A stretch of 64,000 nucleotides of DNA from Callorhinchus milii (lineage: Eukaryota): NCBI RefSeq assembly GCF_018977255.1, contig NW_024704772.1, positions 1,054,001 through 1,118,000 on the forward strand. The letters are read 5' to 3'. The notes below the pieces were generated by a model. That model was given only the letters and a program-made list of their open reading frames with translations. It was not told the origin of the DNA and searched no databases. A program made the translations under genes and the position numbers. Below, in pieces: positions 1-19,743 of the stretch; positions within the stretch are counted from its first letter, which is position 1; each line of letters starts with the position of its first letter.

Positions 1-58
1 TGGAAGAACATTCAGTACGATGGAGTTAGTCCTCACTGCCCATTTCCCCTTGTTGCAG

Positions 59-8628
<8,570 letters not shown>

Positions 8629-8955
8629 CCAGGAGGTGTGCCCTGCTGTGTGTGTGGCTGGGTTCTGCCCCCTCCCTCAAGTGCTGCTCATTGAACCCTT
8701 TATACCCGAATTATCAGGCTTACAGTCTGAAAGGGAAGGAGAAAATGTTCTTAGAAGAGAACTCTTTTTTGTTTAAGAGACCTTGTACAATTTGCAACAA
8801 GAGAGAGACAAAAAAAAGGCGAGAAAATGTTGTACATCATGTATTTTGTTCTAACCTGTGCATAAGATATTGTATTGGAAAATACTTTGTCAGGGTTCTG
8901 TACAGTTCTGCGTTTAAAAGAAAAAAAAATAAGCAGCTAGTGCTTGTATGAAAAA

Positions 8956-8961
8956 AATAAA
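8956..8961 (+). terminator. Putative CNOT3 polyadenylation signal AATAAA
   Basis: AATAAA about 330 nt after the stop codon, at the end of an AU-rich 3' UTR. Confidence 0.55.
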
Positions 8962-10699
8962 ACATTTTTCATGTAACGCTGGCCTGCTCATTCAGCCCAG
9001 AGAGAGAGCGAGAGGGAGAGAGGCAGGTAAGTCCATGGTCTCACAGACTGGCTCGCCAGACCAGCCACCTCCACAGATATTCACAGACAGAAGGAAGGTG
9101 TACAGCCCCATCGTGTCTGTGTTGGGCTCTTTTTCTTACCCTCTCTACCCTTCCATTTGGGAGCTTGCTGTAGCCCAGTGCGCAGCGATGTGACGAGAAG
9201 CCAATCCACCGCCAAGTGAGGTCCTGCCGACCATTTTGCCCAGTGTCCTCTCGGTTGCTGGGCCAGTTTGGAGGCACTCGATATCGACCCATCTGTCTTG
9301 CAGGTAAGTGTTGTGAAGTCAAGTGACTGTTTGTTGTGTCTGCTTCCAATGACTCCACCACCCGGGATTGTTGGCTTTGGTATCAGGTGATGGGAGAAAC
9401 AACCTAAGAGAGAAGGCAGAGAAAGGCAGAGTGGCACTCCACACTCTCGTCTGTGAGACCTGCCTCTCTCGGATTGTAAACCCTCCCCAGAGTTGAAAGT
9501 TGGATTTGAGAAACCGATACACACAGGAGGGGAAAGGGAATGAAGGGAATAGAGTTGGGGGGGGTGGGAGAGAGAGGAGGGTTGGGGGCCTGTGTGGATT
9601 ATAAACACGGCCTGTGCAGACCAGTTGTTCCAATGGCCCGTTTCTATGCCCTCTTCTCTACACAACACTCCCAAAACTTGCTTAAGAGTCTGACTTAACA
9701 GCAGGAGGTCTGGGCTTTGAGCAGAGAAGACTAAAGGGAGGCCTTTAACAAAGGGATGGACAATAATAATGGGAAGCCATTGAGAGCTGGGGCTGTCGGA
9801 AACAGTGCATGGGTTTGAGACGGAAGTTTATACTGTAATAATAAATATTCCTTGCATTTGATAGAGCGCCTTATCACATCGTCCAGTTTGTGCACAGCTC
9901 CAGAAACAGTCGTGGAATGAGTTACCAATTTTATGTGGAGGAGAGAAAACTCTCCTTTTAGAATAGTGCCAACAACAGGCAGGCGGGACCTTGGTTTAAC
10001 GTCTCATCCGAAGGACAGCTCCTCCGATAATGGAGCACATTCCCAGCACTGCATTGGAGCGTCACCTTAGACTGTGCTTCCAAGACCCAACATGGTGGGA
10101 GATTGAACCCACAATTTTCTGACTCGGAGGTGAGAAAGCTACCACTGCGCCAGGCTGGAATGAGAGAGAAGGGGGTGTTTGCAACTAAACATGTTTTTAC
10201 TCTCGTGCCAGTTTTAGTTGAGTAACAATTTCAGTAAAACTTACAGCTTTGTTACTGCTGCCGCGTGTGTATTTTTACTCTGTTCCAACGAATGACGTTT
10301 AATGACTGTCTCCGGTGGCTTTGAGAAGCCAAGTACGATGGCTGTTCCTTTTGGTTTTGGTCGGCTGACACGCACGGAAACTCTCCCGTGTGTGTTGCTC
10401 ACGTGGGCAGTTTCTGTCTTGTATATGGTTGACTATTGAGTTCTGACCTTTCTTTTGATCTGCGATGTGTGATCGCAAGGTGATACTTTCTCTCCTCCTG
10501 GGAATGAAAACAACCTGTGGCTTTCAAGTAAGGTTGAAATCACAATAATCCTCACCCTTGATGCAGTCCCCTATCACGTATGAGGCATCTCAAAGCCCTT
10601 CAAAGGAATTTCCTGCAAAGTTCAGTGTTTGTAGGTGACCGCAGCAAGCATTTGCATATGACTTCCTCGTATATAGATAGAGAAGCGAAGCGAGACATT

Positions 10700-11058
10700 G
10701 TTGATGATAGTCCTTACATTTGAATAGCGCCTTATCACGGCTTCGAGACGCATCTCAAAGTGCTTCACAGCACACACTGTAAAGCGGATTGACTGTAGAA
10801 TTTGTGGACCGCAGTGTCCTACAAACTCGTGGATTGAAGTGACCAAGTTATTATTTTTATTTTTTGGAAGGGATTATCACCCCCGGAAAAGCGATCTGCC
10901 AGCCGACTAACAACCGGGCTCGGCTCCTACTTACTGTAGATAAGCAGAGAGTGTGTGGAATAAGGAAACTTGCTTAAGGTTTCTCCCCACCCGGGAATCA
11001 AACCCGGGATCCTCTTGCTTGCGAGGCGAGCGCACTAACCACTAAGCTACAGGACTCC
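10700..11058 (-). mobile_element. tRNA-derived SINE with L2-like 3' tail
   Basis: Reverse complement of the GGAGTCCTGTAGCT..GTGGTTAG..GGTTTGATTCC head (A/B boxes), plus the body and tail shared with the copy at 59386. Confidence 0.85.
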
Positions 11059-11604
11059 GGTGGGGGTGGGGGGAGGGCCGTGTGTAATTGTCGGCTTGGG
11101 ACACTCGGTAACATCTCGGAGCGCTTCGCGGCGATGGAGCGGAACTGGAGGTGGGTGGGGGGAGTGCGGTTGGGAGGGTAGGACAGGTAAGGCTTCTGAA
11201 AGCGGAGACAAGTCAGACAGGTGATGGTTTCGGATGTGCTGAGGATTATGAGGTGTTGGTGGAATTCTCCCTGAGCTGAATGTTCCGGGTTGTGACTCAG
11301 GATGGTGGAAGGCCACCGAACCAGTTATGGCTTTTGTCCTCCTTGATGTTTACCCACAGGGTTTGGGGCGGACACACTGGCTCCCTCACTCTGATATCAA
11401 CCCTGTGCATCTCACTGAAAGCAGATCTCTCTGCAGATATGCCAGTCACCATGACGCAAGTGTCAAGACCGATCTCTGACCGCACTTTCGATCATCTTCC
11501 AACGCGCACACGCACAGGCTCACATTCCCCCTCCCTGCCTTCCACAGCCCCTTGTCTACCCATTGCCCCGTCCCCACCTCATCCGGAATTTAGTAATTTA
11601 GTAA

Positions 11605-11952
11605 TAATAATAATAATACTTGCATTTGCTATTGCAATATCAGGTCGTCGAGATGTCTCAAAGTGCCTCACAGGAGATACTGCAAAGGGATTGACTGTTT
11701 TGTGGCCAAAATGCTGCAGCAAATTGTGCACAGCAATGTCCCACAAACTGTCGTGGGTGGAGTGACCATATTATTATTTTTGAGGGATTATTACCCCCAG
11801 AAAGCGATCCACCAATCGGCTAACAACCAGGTTCCTACTTACTGCTGGGTAAACGGGCATGTGGGTGAGTAAGGAAACTTGCCTAAGGTTTCACCTTGCC
11901 CGGGAATTGAACCCAGTCCTCTCGCTTGTGAGGCGAGTGCTCTAACCACTAA
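11605..11952 (-). mobile_element. tRNA-derived SINE, same family
   Basis: Head, GGCAAGTTTCCTTACTC core and ATT-repeat tail all present on the minus strand. Confidence 0.8.
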
Positions 11953-13550
11953 ACACTCCCGTTCCCCCTCCCCACCTTCCTCGGCCCCTTTCATACCCTT
12001 TGCCCTCTCTTCCCCACCTCAGGAGGAATTTAATCCTAAATGATTACAGCAGATTGGTAGAAAAGTTAAGTGACTTTTGTTGAGATGTGCGTAAAGGCAG
12101 ATTAAGTCTGACTACACTGCTCTGACCCAATCTGCAGAAACACGGTTGATGAAAGGAGATCAGCCGGGAGTGTATCGCACACCGTGTTATCCTGAAATCG
12201 GGAGCAGCTGGAGCTCAGGCGGATCCGACATCTTTCTGGGAATTATTAGAGATGTGCGTGAGGTCTAACAGCCTGAGAGCGTTCGACATTGAGCAACGAG
12301 ACTGAGACAAGCACAGGGACAGGACCCTGGGAGCTTCACTGATGCAGGTGGGAAGGAGGTTCAGGTTGCACTGTGTGGGGGGGGTACAACAACTTGCATT
12401 TACACAGCGTCCCTCGCACAGGGTAGTGTCCCAGAGCGCTTGACAGTGGCCGAGGAGGCTCCCGAGCCGGGTGGAGGTAACCGTAGGCACGGTCGAAGAG
12501 GAAGGTCTTCAGGCGCGACTTGACGATGGGGAAGGAAGGGGGCAAGGCAGAGGGATTGAGGGAGGGAGTTTCAGGGCGGAATGGCTGAAAGTGCAGCCAC
12601 TGATGGTGGAACAGAGGGCATGAGTGCCAAGCAGGAAGCCAGAGCCAGAAGAGCGGAGGCAGCGGGTAGTGGTTTGTGGGGTAAGCAGCTCAGAGAGATG
12701 GGCAAGTGCCAGGGAGTGAAGGGATTTGAAGATGAGTGAACAGCTGGCGGGCAGAAAACTGAAGGGGTTTGCGTTGTTCCACCATTACCTATGTATTGGA
12801 GCGCAAGATTCAGCAAATTAATTTGGAATGTGGTTGACTTATTATGTAAGAAATCACGGCACGCAATCTGCTAGCAATACACCCCCACCCGCACACCCCC
12901 ACCCGCACGCACACCCACTCGCACACACCCACACGCACGTACATAGCAACGAGATGAGTTGCTAATTGTTTTTCTTTTAGTGCAGTTTCGGAGTTTCGTC
13001 GAGAAAGGAATGTTGGCACGAGCCCAGGAAACAACTCGCTGGCATTCTTCCAGACAGTGTGACTACCACTCGGGTGGGAGAGAAAGGGCGAGAGAGACCC
13101 GCTCCAGATTCTTATCTGAAGGGAAAGATGAGGCGTGAAGACCAACCTTCCGAAGGGGTGAGAGTCTGCCCTAAGCCCGCCTCTGATAACACCACGAAAA
13201 TTGAAGTGCGTCCACAAAATATGCAGTCAATTCACTCTTAGGTTGTATCCTGTGACGACGTTTCTGGGACGCTGCCCTGGGTGAGGGGCGCTATATACAT
13301 GCAAGTTGTTTCAATGGCGTGCTGAGGCGTTGTATCAAATACGAGGATTATTGTTAATAATCTTCTGAAGGTTTGTTGTGCTCTGTGAATCCTACACATT
13401 ACGGGACAGGGTGAAACCTTGGAAGGGGCTGGGGATGGCGGGGAGGAGGAATGTGAGCCTGTGTGTGCGCGTGCGTGTGTTGGAAGATGATCGAAAGCAC
13501 GGTCAGAGATTTATGTCATGGTGACTGGCGCATCCGCAGAGAGATCTTTT

Positions 13551-14069
13551 GGATTCCTGTAGCTCAGTGGTTAGAGCACTCGCTTTGCAAGCGAGACACC
13601 TGGATTCAATTCCAGGCAGAGGGCGAAACCTCGGGCAAGTTTCCTTACTCCACACAGAGCCTAATAATAATCCCTCCAAAACAAAATAATAACAAATTGG
13701 TCATTTTCAATCCACGGCTGTTTGTGAGACGCTGCTGTGTGCAATCACCTGTCCTACCCTCCCAACCGCGCAACCCTCACCCACCTCCAGTTCCGCTCCA
13801 TCCCCGTGAAGCCCTCCGAGATATTACCGAGTGTCCCAAGCCGACAATCCCTCTCTACCCCCCGGGAGTCCTATAGCTCAGTGGTTAGAGCACTCGCGAG
13901 AGGACCAGGTTTGATTCCCAGGCAGTTTCCTTGCTCCACACACTACCCACTACCGGGTTTCACCCACAAAATACAGACACTCCACTGGACAGTATACTCT
14001 GTGAAGCGCTTTGAGACATCTTGAAGACGCGATAAGGCTCTACATCAAATGCAAGGGTTATTATTATTA
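13551..14069 (+). mobile_element. Two tandem tRNA-SINE copies separated by a ~120-bp segment that also occurs at 11058-11190
   Basis: Heads GGATTCCTGTAGCTCAGTGGTTAGAGC (13551) and GGAGTCCTATAGCTCAGTGGTTAGAGC (13865); tail AAATGCAAGGGTTATTATTATT. Confidence 0.8.
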
Positions 14070-15518
14070 CAGTGGCTTTTGCATTGACACACAATGCCTT
14101 TTACCTTGAGGGGATGTCTTAATGAGCCTGACCTTGAGCTTGAGTGTGTGTGTGCGCACGTCTGTTTTGAGTCACACCTTGAAATGGGAGGCAGGGAGGG
14201 AGGGAGACTGCTGTATGGTTGCTTTCAGTTAATTTTGACTGATTTCACCTCCCAAACTGAATTATATGATTGCAGCCCAACCCAGGGAAGGGCGAGCAAT
14301 AAAAACTCGGTATGGAATGTGCTGTAATAAATGATAGCACCACCTGTGTTTTGGGGTGACAGCAACGTCCAGTTGGGAAGAGTTGGGGCAGGAAAAAAAA
14401 TGTTTTGACTCGGTCAATCTACGAGTGTTTGTGGGGCACTGCTGTGCGCAATTGGCTACTCGTTTCACCCACAAAACACAGTGACTCCACTTCAGTTTGT
14501 TTTGTAAAGCACTTTGAGAAGTCTCAATGATGTGATAAAGCGCTATATCAAATGCAAGGATAATAATAATTATTATTATTTTGCTTTGTTCCATATTCTA
14601 AAACAAATTTACTTTTTGCAACAGGAAAGTTGCAACAGAAGTAAGGACAAAAGCATTTGCTCGCTTAAAAACATTTTTAATGTTAAATTTCAGTCTGAAT
14701 GAATTGTACAAACACTGGTATTAAAACTCTGGTACAGACAGATTATATCAAAAGTCACAGGAATGCACGGCATATACAGTTATACATCAATTACTAACAA
14801 GTGCAGTGACAGAAAGAGAGGAAGGAGGTTTCTGAAGGCAATTTATGTCGTTCTTTAGCTCTGAACTCCATCACCTTCAGCGTTTAGATACATTCATTAT
14901 AGCATGAGTGCTGATATGTACAAGGGGATCTAACTTGCGATCTTTCTTAAATAAGAAATCCATTTCTTAATCAGGACAACTCCCGCACTCAAAGCCAATC
15001 TCTTGTCTGGGAATCTAAGGTCCCTCTGTGATGTGCTGATGGCCTTCCAGTGAGCAGAACAAGGACCGTCTTCATTGCTTAAGAACCATCGCAAATTACA
15101 TCCGCCATAAACCCCATGGGCTGTAAACGGTTTATTTGTGATAATTAAGTCCTTGCATGCAAAAATATAATGTGTGTATGTATATATATATATATGCTCA
15201 TACTCTCCAGTGCAGCTGAGACTTGGCGGATTTCATGTGGGACACAGGCAGCTCTTGAATGGGTTAATGGCACAAGGTTTGTGTGGGGGTGTACGGGTGA
15301 TCAGAGAGATGCACATCCCCTGCCAGGCACCGAATCACTGGCTGACCACTCCTTTCAGTCGCTCACTCCCAACGTGGGCAACGTGACAGAGGACATGAGG
15401 CCGAGCCAGGCATGTTTCGTGTTGGGGAGGGAGTCCAGCTGTTGATCTCCTCGGGGCTCTGCAGCGTAAGCCTCGTTCCACTCTGCAATCCATCCCGCTC
15501 GCTGTCGAGAGGGCTCGT

Positions 15519-18225
15519 TTAATAGATGGGTCGGGTCTGCGGTCTGGGGATGGTGAAGTCACCCGGGGTACCCTGAAATACACAAGGAAAGGACAAACGG
15601 GTTAATACAATACAATTTACCTTCGTACAACACAACAACGAATGACATTTTACACAGCGCCTTTCACCTCGAGAGGACGTCCCAAAGCCCTGGACAGTCA
15701 GCGATTTGTACCCGAGCTGGGGGTTGGGATCAGGAGGGGTGCAGGGAGGGTGGGGGTAGGAGGGTGATCAAAGGCACGGTCGAAGAGGAGAGTCTTGAGA
15801 CGGGCCTTGAAGGAGGCAAAGGGAGAGAGGGAGGGGGTGAGGCGGAGGGACTGAGGGATGGAGTTCCAAAGGGCAAAAATCAAACAAAAATACAGTACGT
15901 GGGAAAAAAACCTGTAGTGCCTTTCAAGTCAGGTGGACGTCCCAAAGCATTTAGTGAGAGAGCGAGACTGGCAACAAATCATTGTATTCCCCCATGTGTC
16001 CCCCCCACCCCCCAAATCAATTGCTCATTCAACCTTCTTTCATTCAAAGAATTTGCGCTTGATGTCGTGGGCTGTTTTAGGAGAGCCTTTCTGTGTAGTG
16101 TACATTGAGAGTCCTTATCGCTCAGTTCTCACTCACCGGGATGGTGTTGCTGTACATTGCGTTTGGAATCTGGAAACTGGGGTTGGTCCCGTTGGCTGCG
16201 GGCAATGGGGAGGGAGAGAGAGAAAAAAATACATTAACAAATATACAAATGGAGTCCCGTAGCGTAGTGGTAAGTGCGCTCGCCTCGCAAGCAAGAGGAC
16301 ACGAGTTTGATTCCTGGGCGAGGAGTAAGGGAACCTTAGGCAAGTTTCCTTACTCCTCACACATGTCTCTGTTTACCTAACAGCAAGTAAAGAACCTGGT
16401 TGTTAAGTCTGTTGGCGGATCCCTTTCCGGGGGTAATAAAAAAAACAATGAAGTCAAAGACTTTCACAGATGGAAAGGATGAAGGTCAAGGCGAGACACC
16501 GCTGTGCGCAATTGTGTTGCTGCATTTCGCCAACAAAAAATACAATGACGTGATAAGGCTCTATATCAAATGCAAGGATTATTATTATTATGAAGGTAAC
16601 ATTAGTGAATGACTGAGTTTACCAGTCTCTGAGGTTTCGAGGAGGGAGGTTTCATTGCAAACCTGGCTCCAGGCAATTTCCCACCCGTCAGGTCCCGTCA
16701 GGTGGAGCATTGAAGATCATGAGTCACCACTTTACAGCAAAACCCTGTGAAGTGCTTGAAGGCAATTGCGGTTGTGTTTGGTTCCTTTCGCTGTTTTTTT
16801 TGAACATTGCTGTGCGAAATTGGCTGCCGTGTTTCGCCCACAAAGTACACAGTCGCTCCACTTTACAGGGTATCCTGTGAAGCGCTTTGAGACGTCTCGA
16901 TGTGATAAGGCGTTATATCATACGCAAGGATTATTATTATGAAGGTTTGGAGTCGGGAGGACGTCTCAAAGCGCTTCGCAGCATTTCCCTGTACAGTGTG
17001 GTGGCTCATGGTCTTCGGTTGTGATCTAGAAGAGGGGAGGGAGGGCGCGAGGTGGAAGGATTGAGGGAGAGAGTTCCAAAGCGTAGGAGCGTAGTGACTG
17101 AAAGCATGGCCGCTGATGGTGGAGTGGCGGGAGGCGACAAGGAACAAGCAGGTGGTCGGAGCCAGTTGAGCAATGGGGAGGGTGAGAGAGGTCAGAAAGG
17201 TAGGGGGGTGAGAGGGCGTGAAGGAGATTTGTAGTCGAGTGAGATCTTGAAATGGAAGTGCATTCACCTTGGTTGGATTGCTCCATGATGAACATCTGGT
17301 TGTCTACTCCTTTCGGCTGCTTGCCTTTAGGTCCCTGTTCCTCTGGCCCTTCGTCAGGCTTGGCCGGGCAGGTGAGGTGTCGTAGTTCAGGGCAGACGTA
17401 GAAGAAGATGAAGACCCAGCCATTGGCGACCAGGGCAATGCTCAAGGTCGGGTCGTCCCATACTGGTCTTTTGTTTAGCAGGTCGATCCCCCGCACGAAC
17501 ATGACAATCCACACCACCCAGATGCAGATGGAGAGGAGCAGGGTGACGAAAATGTATGCCCCGTGCTTCTTCCACTTGCTGTAGCGTCCGCAGAAGCCAC
17601 AGATGGAAAGGATGAAGGTCAAGGCCATAAGGAACATTACGTAGATCAGCAGCATGACAAAGACGTCGGGGCTGTACTGGCAAGGCTGGCTGTTTCGCTC
17701 TATGGTCAAAACCAGCCATATAATCGCAATGATGACTTGAACCAGGGTCAACCCTACCACCAAGCCAAGCAAACACCACACAGAGAGACCCGATTTGCCA
17801 CGCACCAGCCTCAACACCCTAAAGGCGTGGGCCAGCAGGCAGGAGAAGCACAGGGCGAACAACACCCCCCAGAGGAAGATCCTGGTGGGACACGTCCTGT
17901 GGTCCAGCTTGATGATGAAGGCGAAGGTCAAGCTAAAGATTCCCAAGGTGCCGATGAGGAAGATGAACTGGATGGGGAGGGTGGACCTCTTCCTGGGATT
18001 GGAGACGTGGGGGATCAGGAACAGGAACAGTACCATCAGGGCGATGGTCACCACAATCCCTGCAGCTGCCACGGCCTCCAACACAATCCCCCACACGGCG
18101 TCCAGGTCACACAGGTTGGTGTAAAGTGAGGGCACGTTGGAGCCACAGCCCAGACTCGAGACCAAGTCACACAGAGACAACAGGAGGAGAAAGCCCAGTG
18201 ATGGGATTACCCTCAGCCTCATCAT
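15519..18225 (-). CDS. GPRC5-family (RAIG-type class C orphan) GPCR, 356 aa; probable GPRC5A/D-locus orthologue
   Basis: Coding exons 18225-17268, 16195-16137 (59 nt) and 15572-15519 ([17 protein letters not shown]), with phases 1 and 0 consistent. Family motifs GC...[32 protein letters not shown] and [17 protein letters not shown]; seven hydrophobic helices plus a signal peptide. Confidence 0.93.
16251..16590 (+). mobile_element. tRNA-derived SINE, internally rearranged, in a GPRC5 intron
   Basis: Head GGAGTCCCGTAGCGTAGTGG and tail ATCAAATGCAAGGATTATTATTAT; contains a 28-nt foreign insert at 16465-16492. Confidence 0.8.
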
Positions 18226-19032
18226 CCTGCAGGGAGAGAATATTCAGGAGTGTGAAATAGACGCTTTTCAAATGCAATCAACCTTGTAATTCCAGGTCTG
18301 TCGATTGTTTGGTCAATCAAAGTTTGTGGGCCGTCGCTGTGGACAATTGGCTCCCGCGTTTCGCCCACAAAATACACAGTCACTGCACTTTACAATATAT
18401 TCTGCAAAGCGCTTTGAGATGTCTCAACGACGTGAAATGCAAGGATTATTATTATTATTAAAAAAAAATTGCTCAATCCCCACCCAGCCATTTTTGCCAG
18501 TCACCCAACAAAAGTCTACAGTCGCTGTGCTCGGAGGGAGGTTTGTTTCCAAATTGCAATCTGTAGCCGTGTTGGGATTTGGTTTGGCATCCACTGGACT
18601 GACCGGGGATCAGAGCTCAGGACTTGTGTGTGTGTGTGTGTGTGTGTAGAGGTGGGAGGGAGACAGCAATGTTCTGAGTAAATCACTTTACCATTGCTGG
18701 TTAAGGCGCTTTATGCAATAACATGAAATAATTTGTTTTGTTTCCTAAAGGGATTGGGGAGCAACAGAGAGAGAGAGAGAGAGAGAGAGATCAGAGGCGA
18801 TTTATTCCTGGTCTTAACCTCAGCATCGGAATTTGATCCTTCGCATTTCTCTAATGCCCGGTAATAAACTCTTGATCTCCTTTCCTTTAATCACCGATTA
18901 TGGGCTTTTTTTTTTGGTGGTGAGGGGAGGGCGGGAGGGAAAAAGTCTCTTTGCAAATACTTAATACCTTACACATTCTGCTATTCTCCAACCCTGAACA
19001 CTATCAGGTAGGGTTCTCTCTGCTTAACACTA

Positions 19033-19406
19033 ATAATAGTAATTCTTGCATTTAATACAGTGTCTTATCACATCTTCGAGATGTCTCAAAGCCCTTCACG
19101 GAATATACGGTAAAGTGAATTGACTGTATTATTTTGTGGATGAAAATGCAGCAGCCAATTGCGCACAGCGGCGTCCCACTAACAGTCCTGGATTGAGTGA
19201 CCAAATTTTTTATTTTAAAGTGTTTTTTTGTAGGGATTATTACCCCTGAATGCGATCCGCCAATCGACTAACAACCGGGTTCCAACTTACTGCCGGTAAA
19301 CAGCAGTATGTGTGTGGAGTAAGGAAACTTGCCCAATGTTTCGCCCTGCCCGGGAATCAGACCCAGGTCCTCTCATTTGCGAGACGAGCGCTCCAACTAC
19401 TCAGCT
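19033..19406 (-). mobile_element. tRNA-derived SINE, same family
   Basis: Near full-length reverse-complement copy of the 59386 element. Confidence 0.8.
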
Positions 19407-19547
19407 AAAGGATTTATACAGCGTCTCAGAGTACTTAATCAATTGAGTCCATGCAGTTCTGAAATTATAATAACTAAGAAAAATAATGTTACCGTAAAGT
19501 TTGTACACTATATATGAGAGAGAAAGGGTTGTTAGATTGTACCGTAC

Positions 19548-19743
19548 CTGCTTTTTCGGTTAAATATTCCCGGTCAGCAATGCTTTCTTGGACTTTTGTT
19601 CGCTGCAAGTTCGAGAGTTGCTAATCTGTGGTGAATTTCAGTTGAGTTTTGTGGCGTTACAGTTATTGACTGGCACTACCTCTCTTTGGGTCTCTCTCAA
19701 GCACCTTCTATTGATCCTCCCCATAAACTGGGCTCATTTTATA
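19548..19743 (-). promoter_or_regulatory. Putative TATA box and non-coding first exon of the GPRC5 gene
   Basis: Minus-strand TATAAAA at 19743-19737 and donor CAG|GTACGG at 19548/19547. The acceptor CTGCAG|G lies just before the ATG at 18225, so a non-coding upstream exon is required. Confidence 0.55.

Noticed and set aside
17026-17267. C-terminal ~80 aa of the 399-aa GPCR ORF
   Set aside because: Read-through past the donor at 17268/17267 into an L2 fragment; the real C-terminus comes from two downstream exons.
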